DNA from: Paragordius varius
Lineage: Eukaryota; Animalia; Nematomorpha
Length of the DNA: 64,000 bases
Assembly: GCA_964247055.1 (NCBI GenBank)
Contig: OZ176053.1
Location: 4,154,001-4,218,000, forward strand
Reading direction: 5' to 3'
Below the pieces are notes generated by a model, which was not told the DNA's origin, made no database searches, and saw nothing but the letters and a program-made list of their open reading frames with translations. Both the position numbers and the translations under genes were made by a program. The number at the start of each line of letters is the position of its first letter. The first letter of the stretch is position 1. This document shows positions 46,690-60,830 of the stretch, piece after piece.

Positions 46690-49357
46690 TGTACCACACA
46701 CTTTTAAATTTTTACTTAATGAATCATACAAACTCGAAATATGTGTGTGTAATTACAAAAGTATTAACATGACATGTGTCACCATTAGATAATGCTAATA
46801 TACATTTCCTACTTGTTTTTTTTGGTGCTTATATCATAAGAAAAAACCGCAAAATTATTCAACAATATAATTAATTTAAAGTAAGTACCATGTCGGAATA
46901 AATTATTTTTTACAAGATTTCCTGTTTATTTTTAAACCATTACAAAACACACTGACCAATACACCTCTTAACCTCTTATAGTATATATATTTGATTTTAA
47001 TCTACTTATTGTGAATAAACTTTTTAGTTCTGTCCATAAAAAACTTTTTGTCATACGACAAATAGATGTTAAGGAGGTCGGCCGCCAAAAATTAGCATTT
47101 AAATGCGAAAAAAATGATCCATATTTTGTTTGTTAGATAAAAAAAAGTTTTTTTGCGACATGTTGAATAAATATATATATGAACGTTTTGAAAAGAATGC
47201 GGTCATTTTAACTTTATTTTATTTTAAATAAATGATTCTTAGAAAATTAGAGTAGTAAGTTTACCGGAAAAACGGTTTGAGGCGAAACGTACCAATTATT
47301 AACGAATAAACAAACAAGTGTAGAAAGTAAACTTTATAATTTGTGTCCTACATTTATTTGAAGAAAAAAATTGTAATTTTTCAATTTAATGTAAAAAAAT
47401 TTAGTATGATACGTCTTCGTGGTACTTTCAAGATGTTACGTGGACAAAAACGGAAATTCTTTAATGTAAATATATCTATATATATGTAGCAAAATTGTAT
47501 ATAGGAAAAAATTTGACTAAAAAAAGGAAAAGGTGAAAAGGCAAAAATACCATTACAATGGTATAGTATCATTTAAACATCTCTTATAATTGGTGTATAT
47601 TATTTTCAGGTATATAAAATTCAATTTCAAATGCATATACATATAACTACAAAAATCCGTTATCAAACATATTATGTAACAAAGGGACAACCAATTTTAT
47701 AATTTTATACGTGTAAGACTTAATTAGACCCTTCGCATTTCCGGACACGATATGTTATGATGTTTAGATATTGTATTTGTTCTATTTTCACAAAATAATT
47801 ATCCCAAAATGTTATATATATACATATATATACTAATAGAATATGGCCTAAAGAAATTTATACTACTACATAGGGGCTCATAATTTTTTTCCAAAAAAAT
47901 GTTAATTCTTACGGTAATGGTAAAATCCAAAGGGTCACACGTCTCTAACCGTCTAGTAAAAACGATATCTGTAAAATTTTGATTTTGACGTCCTGAAATT
48001 ATTTGATAGTTTTGGGCCTTATCAACTTTCCAACCAACAACGGTGTTTTTCAGTGATCCATCCTAAAAAAATGGATAATATAATTAAAACATATTAAAGT
48101 ATTTATATTGGCGAGTTAAAATTAAGATGTACCCTAAATTTAATATATTATATCTGTCATATTATGATTAGCCTTCAATATTTATTCTAGCTTTTCATTA
48201 AAATTTAACATATATTGCTAAAACAATCAAATCTTGATTTTTGTTCAGCAATATGCTGACATAAAAATGACCTGATTAAAAGGTCACATTTTACAAAACG
48301 CTATTGATTGCAAAATTAAAAATCATTCATTCTATTGTAAATATATATATATATATATATATATATACACTTGAATTAGTATTAGTAAGTAAAACAATAT
48401 TTGCAGATATCTGCTGCCTGCTTCATATACACACGTGGCCCTAATTATATAATAAAAAATATTAATCAAAGTTCACAATCCCGTTATCTAATCTAAGTCA
48501 TCTTCTGTGAGCCACACTCATTTTTTATTATATCATCAATTTTTTAGTGTGTTAATTAATATATATATAAATATTACAAAATGATTCCACATAAACTTTT
48601 TTCGATATAAAATTAAAGATGATTACATATGTTATCTAATCTTGCCTTACCTTACTTCAACATCCAAAATCACTTTGAAGTCTTTACCAAATCAATGAAC
48701 TTAGATATATACCTTAAATGCAATTTTATTTTATTTTGATAAGTGGCATAAATAAATATTTGTTTGAACTTTCTCTATTGTTAAATAAAGTCAAAAACTC
48801 GACCTACCCATATTTTAATCAAATATTTTTTTCCAATTTACAATATTGCAATAGAACAAATGTCTATCTGCTCTTATTATAATATAATATAAAATATACG
48901 TATGTGTCCTACATTCCATCATTCAAGCTTATTTATATAAAAAAATATTGAAAACAAAATATTTAAACCACAATTACAATTATATACATATTTCAAAAAT
49001 ATGACAATGTTTGACACCTGTCCCCTCATTCCCTCCCTATTGTTCCAGATATTAACTATTTTGATTCATTGAAATTTATGAATTCGAAATAAATTAATTA
49101 AAAAATAAAATATTTATATTATAAATATGTATAATTTAATATAACAATTGATGTTTGGCAATGAAATAAATATACCATACTTAATTTGAAAAAATTATCT
49201 ATATTGAAAAATTTAAAAATATTGAATGAAAAAAAAAATTAAAAAATATTTAAATTATAATTCCATTTAATCTTATAAGCTCATATGCTTTTTTATTTCA
49301 AATGTAAATCTTTATCAGGTTTTAAAACGGTATAAAGTTTTTTTCAATTCAACAAGT

Positions 49358-49413
<56 letters not shown>

Positions 49414-51996
49414 AGCACTTTTAGTTTATCACACACACATACACAGTTTCAAAAATTAAAACTTGAAAGATATTATAAAATTATTGAATAGGATAGGATT
49501 GAATCATTGACACCGAAACTCTAAAATACGATTTTTTTGCAAACATACATTGTTGTATCATGTATGATAACAATGCATAATCCACTTTAAATTGCACTAC
49601 TTTTCTATTTTCATTATATACCTGTTGTAAAAAATATATTTGATGATACAGTTTTTTTATTTCAAGATAAATTCCTAAAATTTATAAATGGTCGTTAAAC
49701 ATAAAATATTTGTTTTGAAAAAATAAACTTTTTTTAGTTGATATAATAATTGTTTCAAATATTATAAATGCATATAAATCAGTTCAAGATTGTTGGAAAC
49801 TACTAGTATTTCTTTTACGGGATTAAAAATGTAGACAGTTAAGTCTACATTTTTGAGAAAAAAAACCCAATATTGGTAGGTTTAACTTACATAAATACGT
49901 GATTCGAAAAAATTAAACAAATTAAAATTAATTAATAAATGAAGAAAACTATATATCATCAACATCATACAACAAAATACATCATCTTACATGTTTGAAA
50001 CAATGTAACTAACAGCTAATATTCCTAAACATCAAAACATTTTTATAAGATTGGCGCCTTACTAATACACCATAATTTAATAAAAATACATAATTTATCA
50101 TTAAACTCCCCCCCCCCCCCCCAATATCTTACATAAATCAGAAAAGATAACTGTATAGTATATAGACATTTTTATGCTAATTCAGTTGCATCAAAAATAT
50201 TGGATTAGAGTGCTTTAGCCTATTTCGACATTGCAAGTTAAAAATCATATATTATAAAAAAATCTAAATTAAAATATATATCTTTATTAATTATTTTGAC
50301 CAAAATAAATGTACAATTTATAGGTTAATTAAATTATGAAATGGCAAAAGGTGAAAATGGGGGATTAGATAGAGTTGAGTTAAATATAACGGTAAATTTA
50401 TTACATTTACATAAAATATTTAATGAAATTGATAACAGTAGAAAAAATGACCAATATCGTCAACCGGAAAATTAACTCCGTCTAATTAATTTTTCTTATT
50501 TAAAAATTTATTTTTTATAGAATGAAACATTTATAAATCATAAAATCTAAGCTATATTTTGATAATATGTAATAAAATTTTTATTCCCATTAATGTAATT
50601 AATTATCAATATAATTACGATAAATAAATTATTATGAGTGTGTGTTTTCCATTTCAAAATTTTACAGTTTTACCATTGGCGACACGGTGTTTTATTGATT
50701 TAAGCTATTGTAAAATAAATTTTTTAATAAAATAGCTGATAAATTTCAACATTAAGGCACTGACTGATAAAAATTAAATTCCAAAGAATTGTTAAAATTT
50801 ATTTTTATTATACAAGTATATCAAGAAAAAATATTATTTATATGGAAGATATCGTAATAATACTTTCTTCTATTATGCAAGTGTCAAAAGCGGCATGTTA
50901 CAAAAGATGATATATATAAATAATAACACATATAATTTATTGTTGGTATAATTTATAAAACAAATAATTTTTATTTTTGTAAAGGACCTCTCTCTCTCTC
51001 TGTAAAACAAAATAAAATAAAAAAACTTTGTGTTTTATAAAATAACGTTTATTATACCAGTATAATATTTTTATATATCATTGTATGTCGTAACTTTTTG
51101 TTTGCATGTTTTAATGACCTTTTGAAAATTGCATTTTTTTTTAAACTATTGTAACATTACCAGAATAATTCTTGAATAAACTAATGTTTAGCCAATAAAC
51201 ATATTTGCAAAATTACAAATCGAATTACCAAATTTTAGGTTAACTTATAACTTTACATGTTAAGAGTAATAATTCTATATGTTCGTGCTGCCTATGTGAA
51301 TTTTAGCAAATCACTGTGAGATTTTTACACAGTATCGATTGACCAGTTTAAAAAATAAGTCACATGCTTTATAAAAAAATTACATAACAAAACAATAACC
51401 ATAGTATTTTTTACTGATATAAACAGTAAATTTTCTCTTTATATTAGTTTTTGATCGAATTTAACATTTTACAATAAGGACTATTTTATCTGTAATAAAA
51501 AAATTATTTATATTAGAGAACGTTATATTAACTGGGATACAAAAAAATTTATTAAAAAAATATTATATTTTACCTTTAAATAAGTTTGTCTGTCACTTTC
51601 ATTTATCCATGTGTATAAAAGATCTACATTTTTTAGTGTAGATTTGCCAGAAAATCCAAATGCAATAAGTCCTTTAGTTTTAACACGTAGTCGGACAGTA
51701 ATGTCTGAAAGATTAATATTCCATTGGATAAGATAATCGCAACATTTAATAGTTTTTAGATTAGAAATATTATTATCATCAATATCAGCATATTCTAAAC
51801 ACTTTTCAAATGGAAAATCTTCGAGTGAATTTTGGTTTTTTTCCTTGGCGAAATTGTTGCTAAATAAGGAATGACTATTGGCCTGAGTAATCAACAACAA
51901 AGTATTGGATAAAATTTGGATCATTATTAAATAAAAGGTGACGTTTCTTCTGAAACCCATTAAGCGCCGATTCCAGAATGCTTTATAAAATTTCAT
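39634..51996 (-). CDS. MOXD1: DBH-like monooxygenase (MOXD1-like): signal/anchor, DOMON, Cu type II monooxygenase N and C domains, hydrophobic C-tail; ~1,170 aa, copper ligands degenerate
   Basis: Exons (minus): 51996-51574, 48062-47913, 45196-44720, 44604-44458, 43774-43541, 42653-42515, 42367-42183, 41876-41688, 41614-41067, 40949-40793, 40485-39634. All are GT-AG and phase-consistent. Motifs: GLIAFGFS, FTRRLETCDPLD (DOMON), YICQLF, YACS..PCY..FC..GYTVGG, AGFSLGTDSDPKYVMLE, LRTYDSGVL, EGHC..LC, GISVYASQ, DDNFDEKFQ, ILPGDHLITRCHY, CLQFVFYYPK. Confidence 0.9.
40564..40681. mobile_element. ~115-bp MITE with ~30-bp TIRs in the last intron of the MOXD1-like gene
   Basis: GGCCAATTGGCCATACAGTAGCGTATGATA is inverted as TATCATACGCTATTGTATCGCCCATTGGCC. 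Confidence 0.7.
42786..43484. mobile_element. hAT non-autonomous element with perfect 8-bp TSD
   Basis: TIRs TAGGGTTGTGC / GCACAACCCTA with identical flanks GTTACGAG (42778-42785 and 43485-43492) and subterminal TGACC/GGTCA repeats. The internal part recurs at ~59020-59420. Confidence 0.92.
44632..44669. repeat. (TA)n microsatellite
   Basis: Long TA run in a MOXD1-like intron. Similar runs occur at ~46659, ~48342 and ~49339. Confidence 0.9.
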
Positions 51997-54900
51997 TTGT
52001 TAAAAATTTTGTGGATAGTTATAAATAATTTTCTGTGGTGGTTTAACAATTAATTTGGGTTCGTGATGTAATGATGTAAAAAATTTGCATATTATTAGTT
52101 AGGATAGGCGTGCACGATATCTACAAAAAGTAGTTGTGTTATAAAAAAAATTTAAATTTTGTTGTTGTGTTTTTCAATAAAGTTAAAAAGTTGTATCAAA
52201 AAAAATAAAAATCATAATCTTTTTTTAATTACTTTTTATTTTTTGTTATAGCCAATTGGGTGGTATAGTTTGGTAATTTATTTTTTATGGCACAAACGAT
52301 TCTAGACAAAAGCTTACATAACTTTAGAATGTATAGTTTTTTATTGTACGATAGATGAAGTGGTGTAAAGATAGGAATCAAAAAATGAAAGATTTTCATA
52401 GAATAAAATTAAAAAGGATTGGTATTTTCATAAATTTTGGTGTTTTCTTTCAGCAACATAACAAACAATAGGATAAAAAGAGGTATTTCCTGTTTTCTCT
52501 GAATAAGTTTTTAAAAATTTGGACGGCGAAAAAAAATCAAACTTTTTATAATAGCGAAAAAAAGCCCCAAATTGTCAAATCTGGGTTAACTTACCTTTAA
52601 ACACTTGTACGAATATAATGAACGGATATTTTCGGATTAGAAGAATAAAATTGAATAAGAATTTTAAAGTAAAAAATTTTGTGTATGAAAGTTATGAAAT
52701 AGGTATAAAGTCATACATTTAACATTTTTTTCAAATGTGCAATTAAAAATACAAATAAATTTCTTGAAGTGTGTTTATGTAATGTGATAAAAACACTAGC
52801 CAATCTATGATGTGGTCATTTTAGATTTTAAAACAAATATTTGGGTTCAAAATAAAAAAATAAAAAATAAAGATTATATTTTTCATCATTCAAGTGATTT
52901 ATGGTACGAATAACTTTAAAATAAAAATATTGAAAATTAATAATTCTGTTTTGTGGAGGTACATCTCTCGGTATATTTATACATATATATAATTTTAAAT
53001 AAACGATTTTAAATTACAAATACCTTTGTATTTTATATTATTATAATTATATCATTTAACCATCCTCTTGTGTTTTTTATACTACTGATAATATTAAATA
53101 CGTTTTATGTAATATTGTTTTTTTTTCAAAATCCTAATTGCAATCCGTTAAATACCTGGTAGCACTCTATAATAATAATAAAAAATATTTTTGTTTATGA
53201 ATAACTTTAAAATCTGTGCCCTAAACTTTGTCAAATAAAAAAAGGTTTGCAATATAGCACAAATTATATATTATTTACAGGTATTTTCACCTTCGTGCCC
53301 GTTTATAAAATAAAATATATTATGATTATACAAATGACCCTTAAAAAATTTCAATATTTTTTTGTCAGAAACCATAAAGCGTGTATATCCAATCATTTAT
53401 AATTAAACAATTGCATTTTTCTAAAGGATGGTAATTTTGTAATAATTTTTAAATATAATTACAAGGTAAATATTTGATTAATCTGTATTAATATATATCC
53501 TTTTTCCCAACACCTCTACACAAATTTTACGATTGAATGAATATATAAAAAATTATTCCATTTAAAATCATTATAAAAAGATGATAATGAACGCAAAAAT
53601 GGTTATTATTAATCATAATGATAACATACTCAATCAAATTTTTCAATCATATTATATCTTGAACGGATATTTAAAAGGAAGAAAGATGAAGGGATGGGTG
53701 TGTGAACGATATAATGATGAGTTATTAATGTAAAAATAGATAAATGAAAATGCCCTTTATCAACAAGTATAACTCAAACCTCAATTATTTAATAATAGAT
53801 CGCCTACAAATTATAATTAAATAAAATTGAAATATATATAAATAGTTCATTGATTTTGATCGGTGCTATAAAATTAATTCACAATTCATATATAATTATA
53901 GGGATTACTTATATAAGCCAAATAAAATTCACAAATGTCCCACCATTAAAGGGTTATATTTTCCGAAAGCCATTCACCTCATTCAGAGATGCTAAATAAA
54001 GAAATATTTGTATAAAATAAAGTTGCACAAATATAATTATAGATAAAATTCTGTTTTGGGTGTCATTTCTACCCACCTATCGGCTTACCAAGGAGGAGAT
54101 AAATTTAGGTCATAAAAGCGCATTAAATGCGCCTAGCAGCTGATTATTAGTTTTTCTATAATATAAACCAAATATTGAAATTCGGTATTAAGGAGTGATA
54201 CCACTTAAGCTGCTTTAACGTCGCTTGTTATAAAAATAACTACTTTTCTGAATTCACCTAATATGTTTCGTTTTACAACGGATACAAATTGAACCAAAAA
54301 AGTATAACATTTTTCTTTAATACATCCAAGGTATGTGATAGATTTCATATTTTAAAGCAATTATTAAATTTAGCCATATGTAAGCTCGACTTGGGGGTGG
54401 AAATATATGATTAATCAATATAAATTAGAACCATTTATCTAAACACGTAGGGCTAATTAAATAAATAATTTTTTAAACATTGATATTTGATGGAAATTTT
54501 GTAAAGTTTAAGCAACAAAATTTTTTAGTGATTCTTTAAAAATAAGTTAAATTATATTTTGCTTGGTTTGCGCTATGCAAAGGTATAAAACAAACGGTTT
54601 CAACCTTAAATGTCATTACAAATAAGTTAAATCTTATCTAAAATATATTTTTTGTGTTTGGTCTAATCATCAGAAATAGAGTTAATTATATTTTACATCA
54701 TTATTCGGTAATAGGGTCGATAACATATTTATAGCAAATTAAGCTGAAATTATTCACCTTTATATATATTAATTAAATTTTATAATTCAATTTCGTTCTA
54801 ATTTTTTTGAAAGAATATATATACACTCGTTTAAATCGGTGATGGTTGGTAAATGGTGGATATATATAATTGTGCATAGATTTCAAAATCAATATTGACA

Positions 54901-55779
54901 CTAAACCCTGAAATATTTTATTGTGAATATTGCGTAATTTTTTTATTAATTAATTATTTAATTTTCAAAAAATATTGTATGAATTAATTACATAATTGTA
55001 ATTTAATACTAATGAGAATTTTACATTATTTATAAGTTGACTATGCAGCATTTACAAAATATATATATGTCCTTTTAAAGTTAGGTACTTGGTAAAAACT
55101 CTCATATGAACTGAACTTAGAAAACTTAAATAAATAAATGTTTTTGTTATAAAAAACCCAAAATGATATAATTATAAGATTGGAATGTCTGCTTTTATTA
55201 GTAATTATAATAATTGTTTTTCATCCGATAATATGTGTACTATAACAGGTGAATTAGAATTTAGATTATTTGTTCTTTGAAAGTAATTAAGTGTATTATT
55301 AGTAACGTACAGGTAATTACGTTTGTGGATTTTTCGGTAAGTATCCTTCAAAAAATATTTTTTGTGTAAAAAAGGTTGTTTAATAACTTCAAATTTAACA
55401 GATTTAGTTTTAAATTAAAAATGTCTACATCATTGAGCTAGGAAAAGGTATATTAGATTGAGTTTTTGTTATCTAACTTATATTTTTAGCGGGTTATGGG
55501 TATTCGGATATAAGTTTCATGTTTTTATCTCAGCCTATGCCAGGTATAATCAGCGCATTTATAAGGAACATTTATTGAATATTGATAAAACATTATTTAC
55601 ATGACCCTTAAAAAATATTCATACTTATATTGGCATTTTTAATGTTAAATTACACCGAAATTATTGAATGTAATAGTAATTTAATCCTTATTGTCAGATG
55701 TTAAATGATTAATTAATAAAATATAATACTAAGGTCTTTATTTTATCATTTAGTAATCAAATCGAATTTTGTGACTGAA

Positions 55780-56680
55780 AAAGAATCTTTGCGGCACGCA
55801 TTGCCATTAGAAGATCTGTTAAAAGTTTTTAGTTGGCAAAAACATATGCTCTATCGATTGACACATGTGAAACAGTTTCGAAAAAGATAAAATTTAATGT
55901 GAAGGAGTGTGGGTAATCTGTTAGACCATACAAATGCTAAGACGCTAAAGTGCAAGAGTAATGAGATGACCCACTTAAATTAGCATAAGCATTAAAATAA
56001 TTAGATGTCTACAGCAATAATAATTCGGCAAATAAGTCCACATAATGAACGTCAAATTTAAAGCAGCAACTTGTGAAATCATGCTTCAACGTCACAAAAC
56101 AAATTATTTTTGCATCGAATTGCGACGGGTGATAAGAAATGGCTTTATTATGTAATCCAAAGCAAAAAAATGGTGGCTCTCAACCTTGCCAGTCCATTAA
56201 CACCGCCAAATCGCCTCGTCAAGAGGACCGTGCTCTATGTCTGGTGGAGCTAGAGCGAAATTTTGATTTTGAACTTTTAAAACCCCGTGAAACCGTTAAT
56301 ACACAGTGCTCTCACCAAAAAATAATCAATTTAAACCATGAATTAATCAAAAAAAGACAGGAATTGGCCAGATGACAAATTAAGTATTTTACTATATGAC
56401 AATGCTTCGTTTCACATGAAACCAGAGAAAAACACTATCGCTTCGATGGGAATTTTTCGGCTCCCCTAAACTATTGTGACCGCGCCATCGGACTAATACT
56501 TCGCATCAATGGGGCAAACTATCTGAGAGCAAACTTCAATAATTTCGAAAACATTGGAAAATGGCTTGACGAATGGTTTTGCGCAAAAAATAATGTTTTT
56601 TTGGAATGGCATTTATATACCACCTGAGAGATAAGCGAAATGTGTAGAAGCCGTACAATTTTTGTATGAAAAAAAATAAT
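55780..56680 (+). pseudogene. Decayed mariner (Mos1/SETMAR-type, DD34D) transposase
   Basis: Frameshifted motifs FLHRIATGDKKWLYY (56105-56152), NPKQK..AK..LC..FELLKPRETVN..LIKKRQEL, LLYDNA (~56390), APSD, and KWLDEWFCAK..FWNGI..KCVE. TIRs were not resolved. Confidence 0.85.
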
Positions 56681-57429
56681 TTCCTTTTTCTTTTGTTTTT
56701 TAGCAAAAAACCGGTTTAAAAAAACGCCAATATTGATAATCACCTTTAGCGTAATGATGGTTCTTTTGATTTTTGTCATTCATATATAATATCTATCACT
56801 TCCCATCGCTTTTGCGATAAGGTGCCTGAAAATGATAATTTGGATAATTTCCTGCACAGTTTCTAGTATTATGCGATATTATTTTTTTTCGATTTGCTTT
56901 TTAAACATGTAATTTGTTTTATTATAAACAACAACAAACCTTGCCATACTTATATTGTTTTATAAAATTATTTTTATAATTAAAATTTTTAACCCAATAT
57001 CTCATATAAAAAAAATTCCGAAAAAGCAGTTAACACTTAAAGCGTAATGGTAAGTTATTCATCTTAAGTTACAAATTAGAAAATGATGGCAAGAAAACTG
57101 GCAAATTAGACCAACATCTGTGATTTGGTTGCTAAAATTGGGGATGGTCGAACATTTATCAAAATCGATGTTGACAATACTTAATAAATGCCGATAGATG
57201 CGCTACAAACAAACTATATTGTTATAAGATTGGAACACCAGTTAAAGGATTTATAACAACTAATGATATTTTGTAATGGGATATGTGTTATTTATTCAAA
57301 ATGGAAAAATATATGATAAAAGATTATAGTGCTCGTATATATACTAGTATCTAAAATGTATGTAAATTCATAGTGAGGTTGAAATATTCAATTGATAGAT
57401 GTAAAGTGCCTTTACGAATATTCTATAAA

Positions 57430-58800
57430 TAAAGTGCATGTTTGGAGATTCCAAATAGTAAGATCACTTCCCGCTTCTAACGAAGGTCGATTTTATGGTT
57501 TCTCGCAGGGTAACGTCTTTCCTCCGCTATGGGTATGGTATAGGTGGAGCCGGCTCTGGTTGGCTGGGATCTAGATTACCAATCATTCTGTTACTATTGT
57601 TTGGGCTCAAGGTTATCCCGATATTCAACGGTTCCCTTATTGATGTTGATGGTTCAGTTTTCAGCGGTTAAGACATCATCCCTGGGAGTTACGTCATCAT
57701 CACAGATGTTGCTTGATGTTGGTTGCTGTTGTGTCTGGTGTATGAATTAATCGGCTATCACGGGTTTCACTCGGTCTTTGTCCCAAACCTTGTATGAAAA
57801 TAGCCCTGTACGATTAATGATCTTCGATGCACACCTGGACTTAGTTAATTTTTGATCATTACCGGGTCATTAATAACAAACGGACGAGGGGGGTGGCGCA
57901 TTTAATACTCGCACTACTAATTAACCAGGTTAGGGGGGTGTTTGTTTGAACATTAATTGAGCCGGGGTTTCTTTAGTTGTCGAGGGTGGATAGTTTCTAT
58001 AAGCTCATAGACTAGTATTAAAAGCTTCTTGAGTGGATATAGCGCTATTTTTAATCTCTTGTATTTATTTTTTTTCGATAATAACCTTTCTACCACCCCA
58101 TTGCTTTTAGGATGGTAGGGGTAACTTAAATATGTTTTCACCCCTAAAAGGTACGTAAAATGCTCATCGCAACTATCTTTCTTCTAAAATCAAATCTTGC
58201 ATAAGTTACTTCTAGTTTGTGGAATACATTCGCTGCGTGATTTTTTTAAAATAAACCGTGCCCATTTGGAGGAGCTATAAATTATTAACATTCAATAGTA
58301 ACCGTATACCGGTCGGGCTATATCAGTATGCAACATTGTCATCCCACTGATAAGATAAATTCTGGGGTACATTCGCCATACTACGTTGGCAAGATTCGCA
58401 CTGACTACTGACTTTTACCACTTTCTAATTCTCAATAACACGTGAATACAGCCATCGTTTTCATGGTCTCCACGCTGTTATAACCGCTGTGTAGGTATCG
58501 CATCCCACCTTTTAAAGTCATTTAAACTTAAAAAGTCAGATATGCCGAATACTCTATACGGTTTATAAACTTTTTTAGTTCTGGATTACTCCAGTCATGG
58601 TTGTTTAACGCTTTGATTACTTTTGTATTGGATCTAACGCGTTTCTTTTGTAATATCCTCTCTGCTTAACCGCACGTTGTGACAATTTAAAATCTCAGGT
58701 ATCGGGTAATCTCCGTCATAGGCATCGATCCGTCAATTCTAGAAAAATAATCGGCTATATGGCTCCCTTTTGGTGATTTATCTCGAAATCGTATTCATTT
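57430..58800 (-). mobile_element. Degraded Ty3/Gypsy LTR retrotransposon pol (integrase) remnant
   Basis: Motifs YLHSGY..MK.MA..CESCQ (H2C2 zinc region), YPYHPKSNGVVER (integrase core, 57953-58141) and C-terminal RRYPARN. There are many stops and no LTR pair was found. Confidence 0.75.
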
Positions 58801-59019
58801 ATCTTATTTATCTATTTTAACACTTTTGGAATATGTATTTCTTAGGTTTTGATCTTTATTAATTAATTTTATAATGGTAAATGGTTAATATAACAATTTT
58901 TCTACCATACAAAACTATGAAACTTTCTTAGCAAACAATATTGCTTTCAGTTCTTTTTTGAGAGTGGACTAATTCCGTTCGGCGTTGCTACATTTTTGAG
59001 AGGCATATGCCATCGCATC

Positions 59020-59420
59020 GTTATAACATTAGCATTTAAGCATATCCAGATACTTCGAAAAACAAAACAATCAAGGACTTTGCAAAACATGCAATTATTC
59101 CATAACCATAAAATGAGAAAACATCTTATATTTGGATATTAATTCATTGATGAAAGAAAGTGTAAAATAAACTAGGTATTTAATTTGAAATATCCAGTAT
59201 TAAAAGCTATGTATTTGAAGATTCAGAAGGCCACAAACATGTGGCAAAATTTGAAAACGAAATTCTTGGTTTGATTAAAAATATTTGTAAATAATAAATA
59301 TCAAAAAAATATATAATAAAATTTTAAGAAAAAACATGATATTATTAGTTAAACGCTAGTGTCGTACGAACATTATTTTCACAATCCAATATCGCATGGT
59401 ATTTACTTAAGTAAAAAGTA
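59020..59420. repeat. Second, terminus-less copy of the 42786-43484 hAT element interior
   Basis: TAACATTAGCATTTAAGCATATCCAG..GATGAAAGAAAGTGTA..AGAAGGCCACAAACAT aligns with 43021-43410. Confidence 0.85.
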
Positions 59421-60139
59421 GCGATACAACAACTCCTACGTGATGCTTTCGTAATAGGACTTTGACAACCGCAAGAATTGCAAATCCACTCCAGGTATCC
59501 AGACGCTTTGTTAAACCGGAACCTTGGTCCATTAGAAATTGTAGATCTCGAATTGGCACACGAATTTGCTAGAGCCGAGCTACAGAATAACAATGCAACT
59601 ACATTAATAATAGTAAGACTATCTACCGACAAACAATGTCGAAAACTGCGACAACATACGGCACTGTGGCAAACAACCACCCAACATATGTCCGGCGTGA
59701 AGGCGGACGTGAGACAAAGGTGGTAAATATAAATATGCCAATTGTTTGTCATGGTATAGACAGAAAATAAGACTTAAACAACGTTTTCAGGGGAAAAATT
59801 TGGAGAAATGATGTTTTTGTTTTTATATATTAAACAAAGGCATAAATCCACGAAAATTAAATCTCAGAATTATGGACAAGATATTAACATAACTAATATG
59901 TTAAGTTTAATATTACATAAAATTAATGAATACAACTGGTTGTAATATCGTTGCATATGGTTTGCAAATTAACACCGCTGATAAGATCATACTCATTAGA
60001 ACGTAAAGCTATTGATAGGAAATGACTGACAAGCGAACTAGTATTTTAAAAAAAAACTATTAGGACCAGGTTTTACACAGTTGCGTCTCATATAAATGGT
60101 GTAATTTATATTGGACTGAATGTAATAAAGGAATGCCAG

Positions 60140-60570
60140 TATAGTTGATTATACTTTTTTGCTGACTTCATGGACAAAGTTTTTGTAGGCTGATCTGTTT
60201 GATGATAGATTGATCAGGTTAGAGTGTAGGCATCATCTATTAATTGTTAAGTTCATCCTTTTCACGGTCTATCTTTTGTTTTCTTACCCTCTAAGAGGCC
60301 CAACATGATTATTTTTCCACGTTATTTACCAAATGACGTGGCCAAAGTAGCCTAGTCTACGTTTTAATAATTCAAGCAGTGTAGTCTCAGGGTTTGTTTT
60401 GTGAATCCATTCATTAAAAAGTTTGCCCGTCCATTTTTTGAGTAGGATGTGCCAGCAGGCTTGCTCAAAACCTTGATTTTTAAATCAATCTTTTCGCTAA
60501 CCCAGCTTTCACAGTTATAAGTTATAATTGGTAATTTTATGGCGTTTTTGGTAGTTTTAGTTATCATTCG
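60140..60570 (-). mobile_element. RTE-clade non-LTR retrotransposon 3' fragment
   Basis: LPIITYNCESW..KID and RLGYFGHV match the C-terminal RTE RT motifs (P..TYGCESW, RLRYFGH). Confidence 0.75.
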
Positions 60571-60599
60571 ACAAGACCATACCCCCCTGATAGAATATT

Positions 60600-60830
60600 T
60601 TACTCTTCTATAACTATTCTTAGTTTCTCGGGAGTTGTATAATTTTAAATACTAACAAAGCGCAGACTAGGCTCTTTGGCCAAGTCATTCGGACTAATGA
60701 TTAAAAAAATAGTCATGTTGAATAACGGGCACGAGAAAAAGATAAACATAACATTATACCAACCTTCCATTCTGGAACCTGATCAATCCATACTTAGGCA
60801 TATAGATTGATCAGGTAATTAAGATAGTGA
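60600..60830 (+). mobile_element. Second RTE 3' fragment, opposite orientation
   Basis: CGCAGACTAGGCTCTTTGGCCAAGTCATT (60661) is the inverted homologue of 60332-60361 and translates as RRLGSLAKSF, a decayed RLGYFGH region. A CCTGATCAATC motif is also shared. Confidence 0.6.

Noticed and set aside
54116-54131. Hairpin GCGCATTAAATGCGC upstream of the MOXD1-like gene
   Set aside because: The stem is only 5 bp and is expected by chance, with no supporting context.
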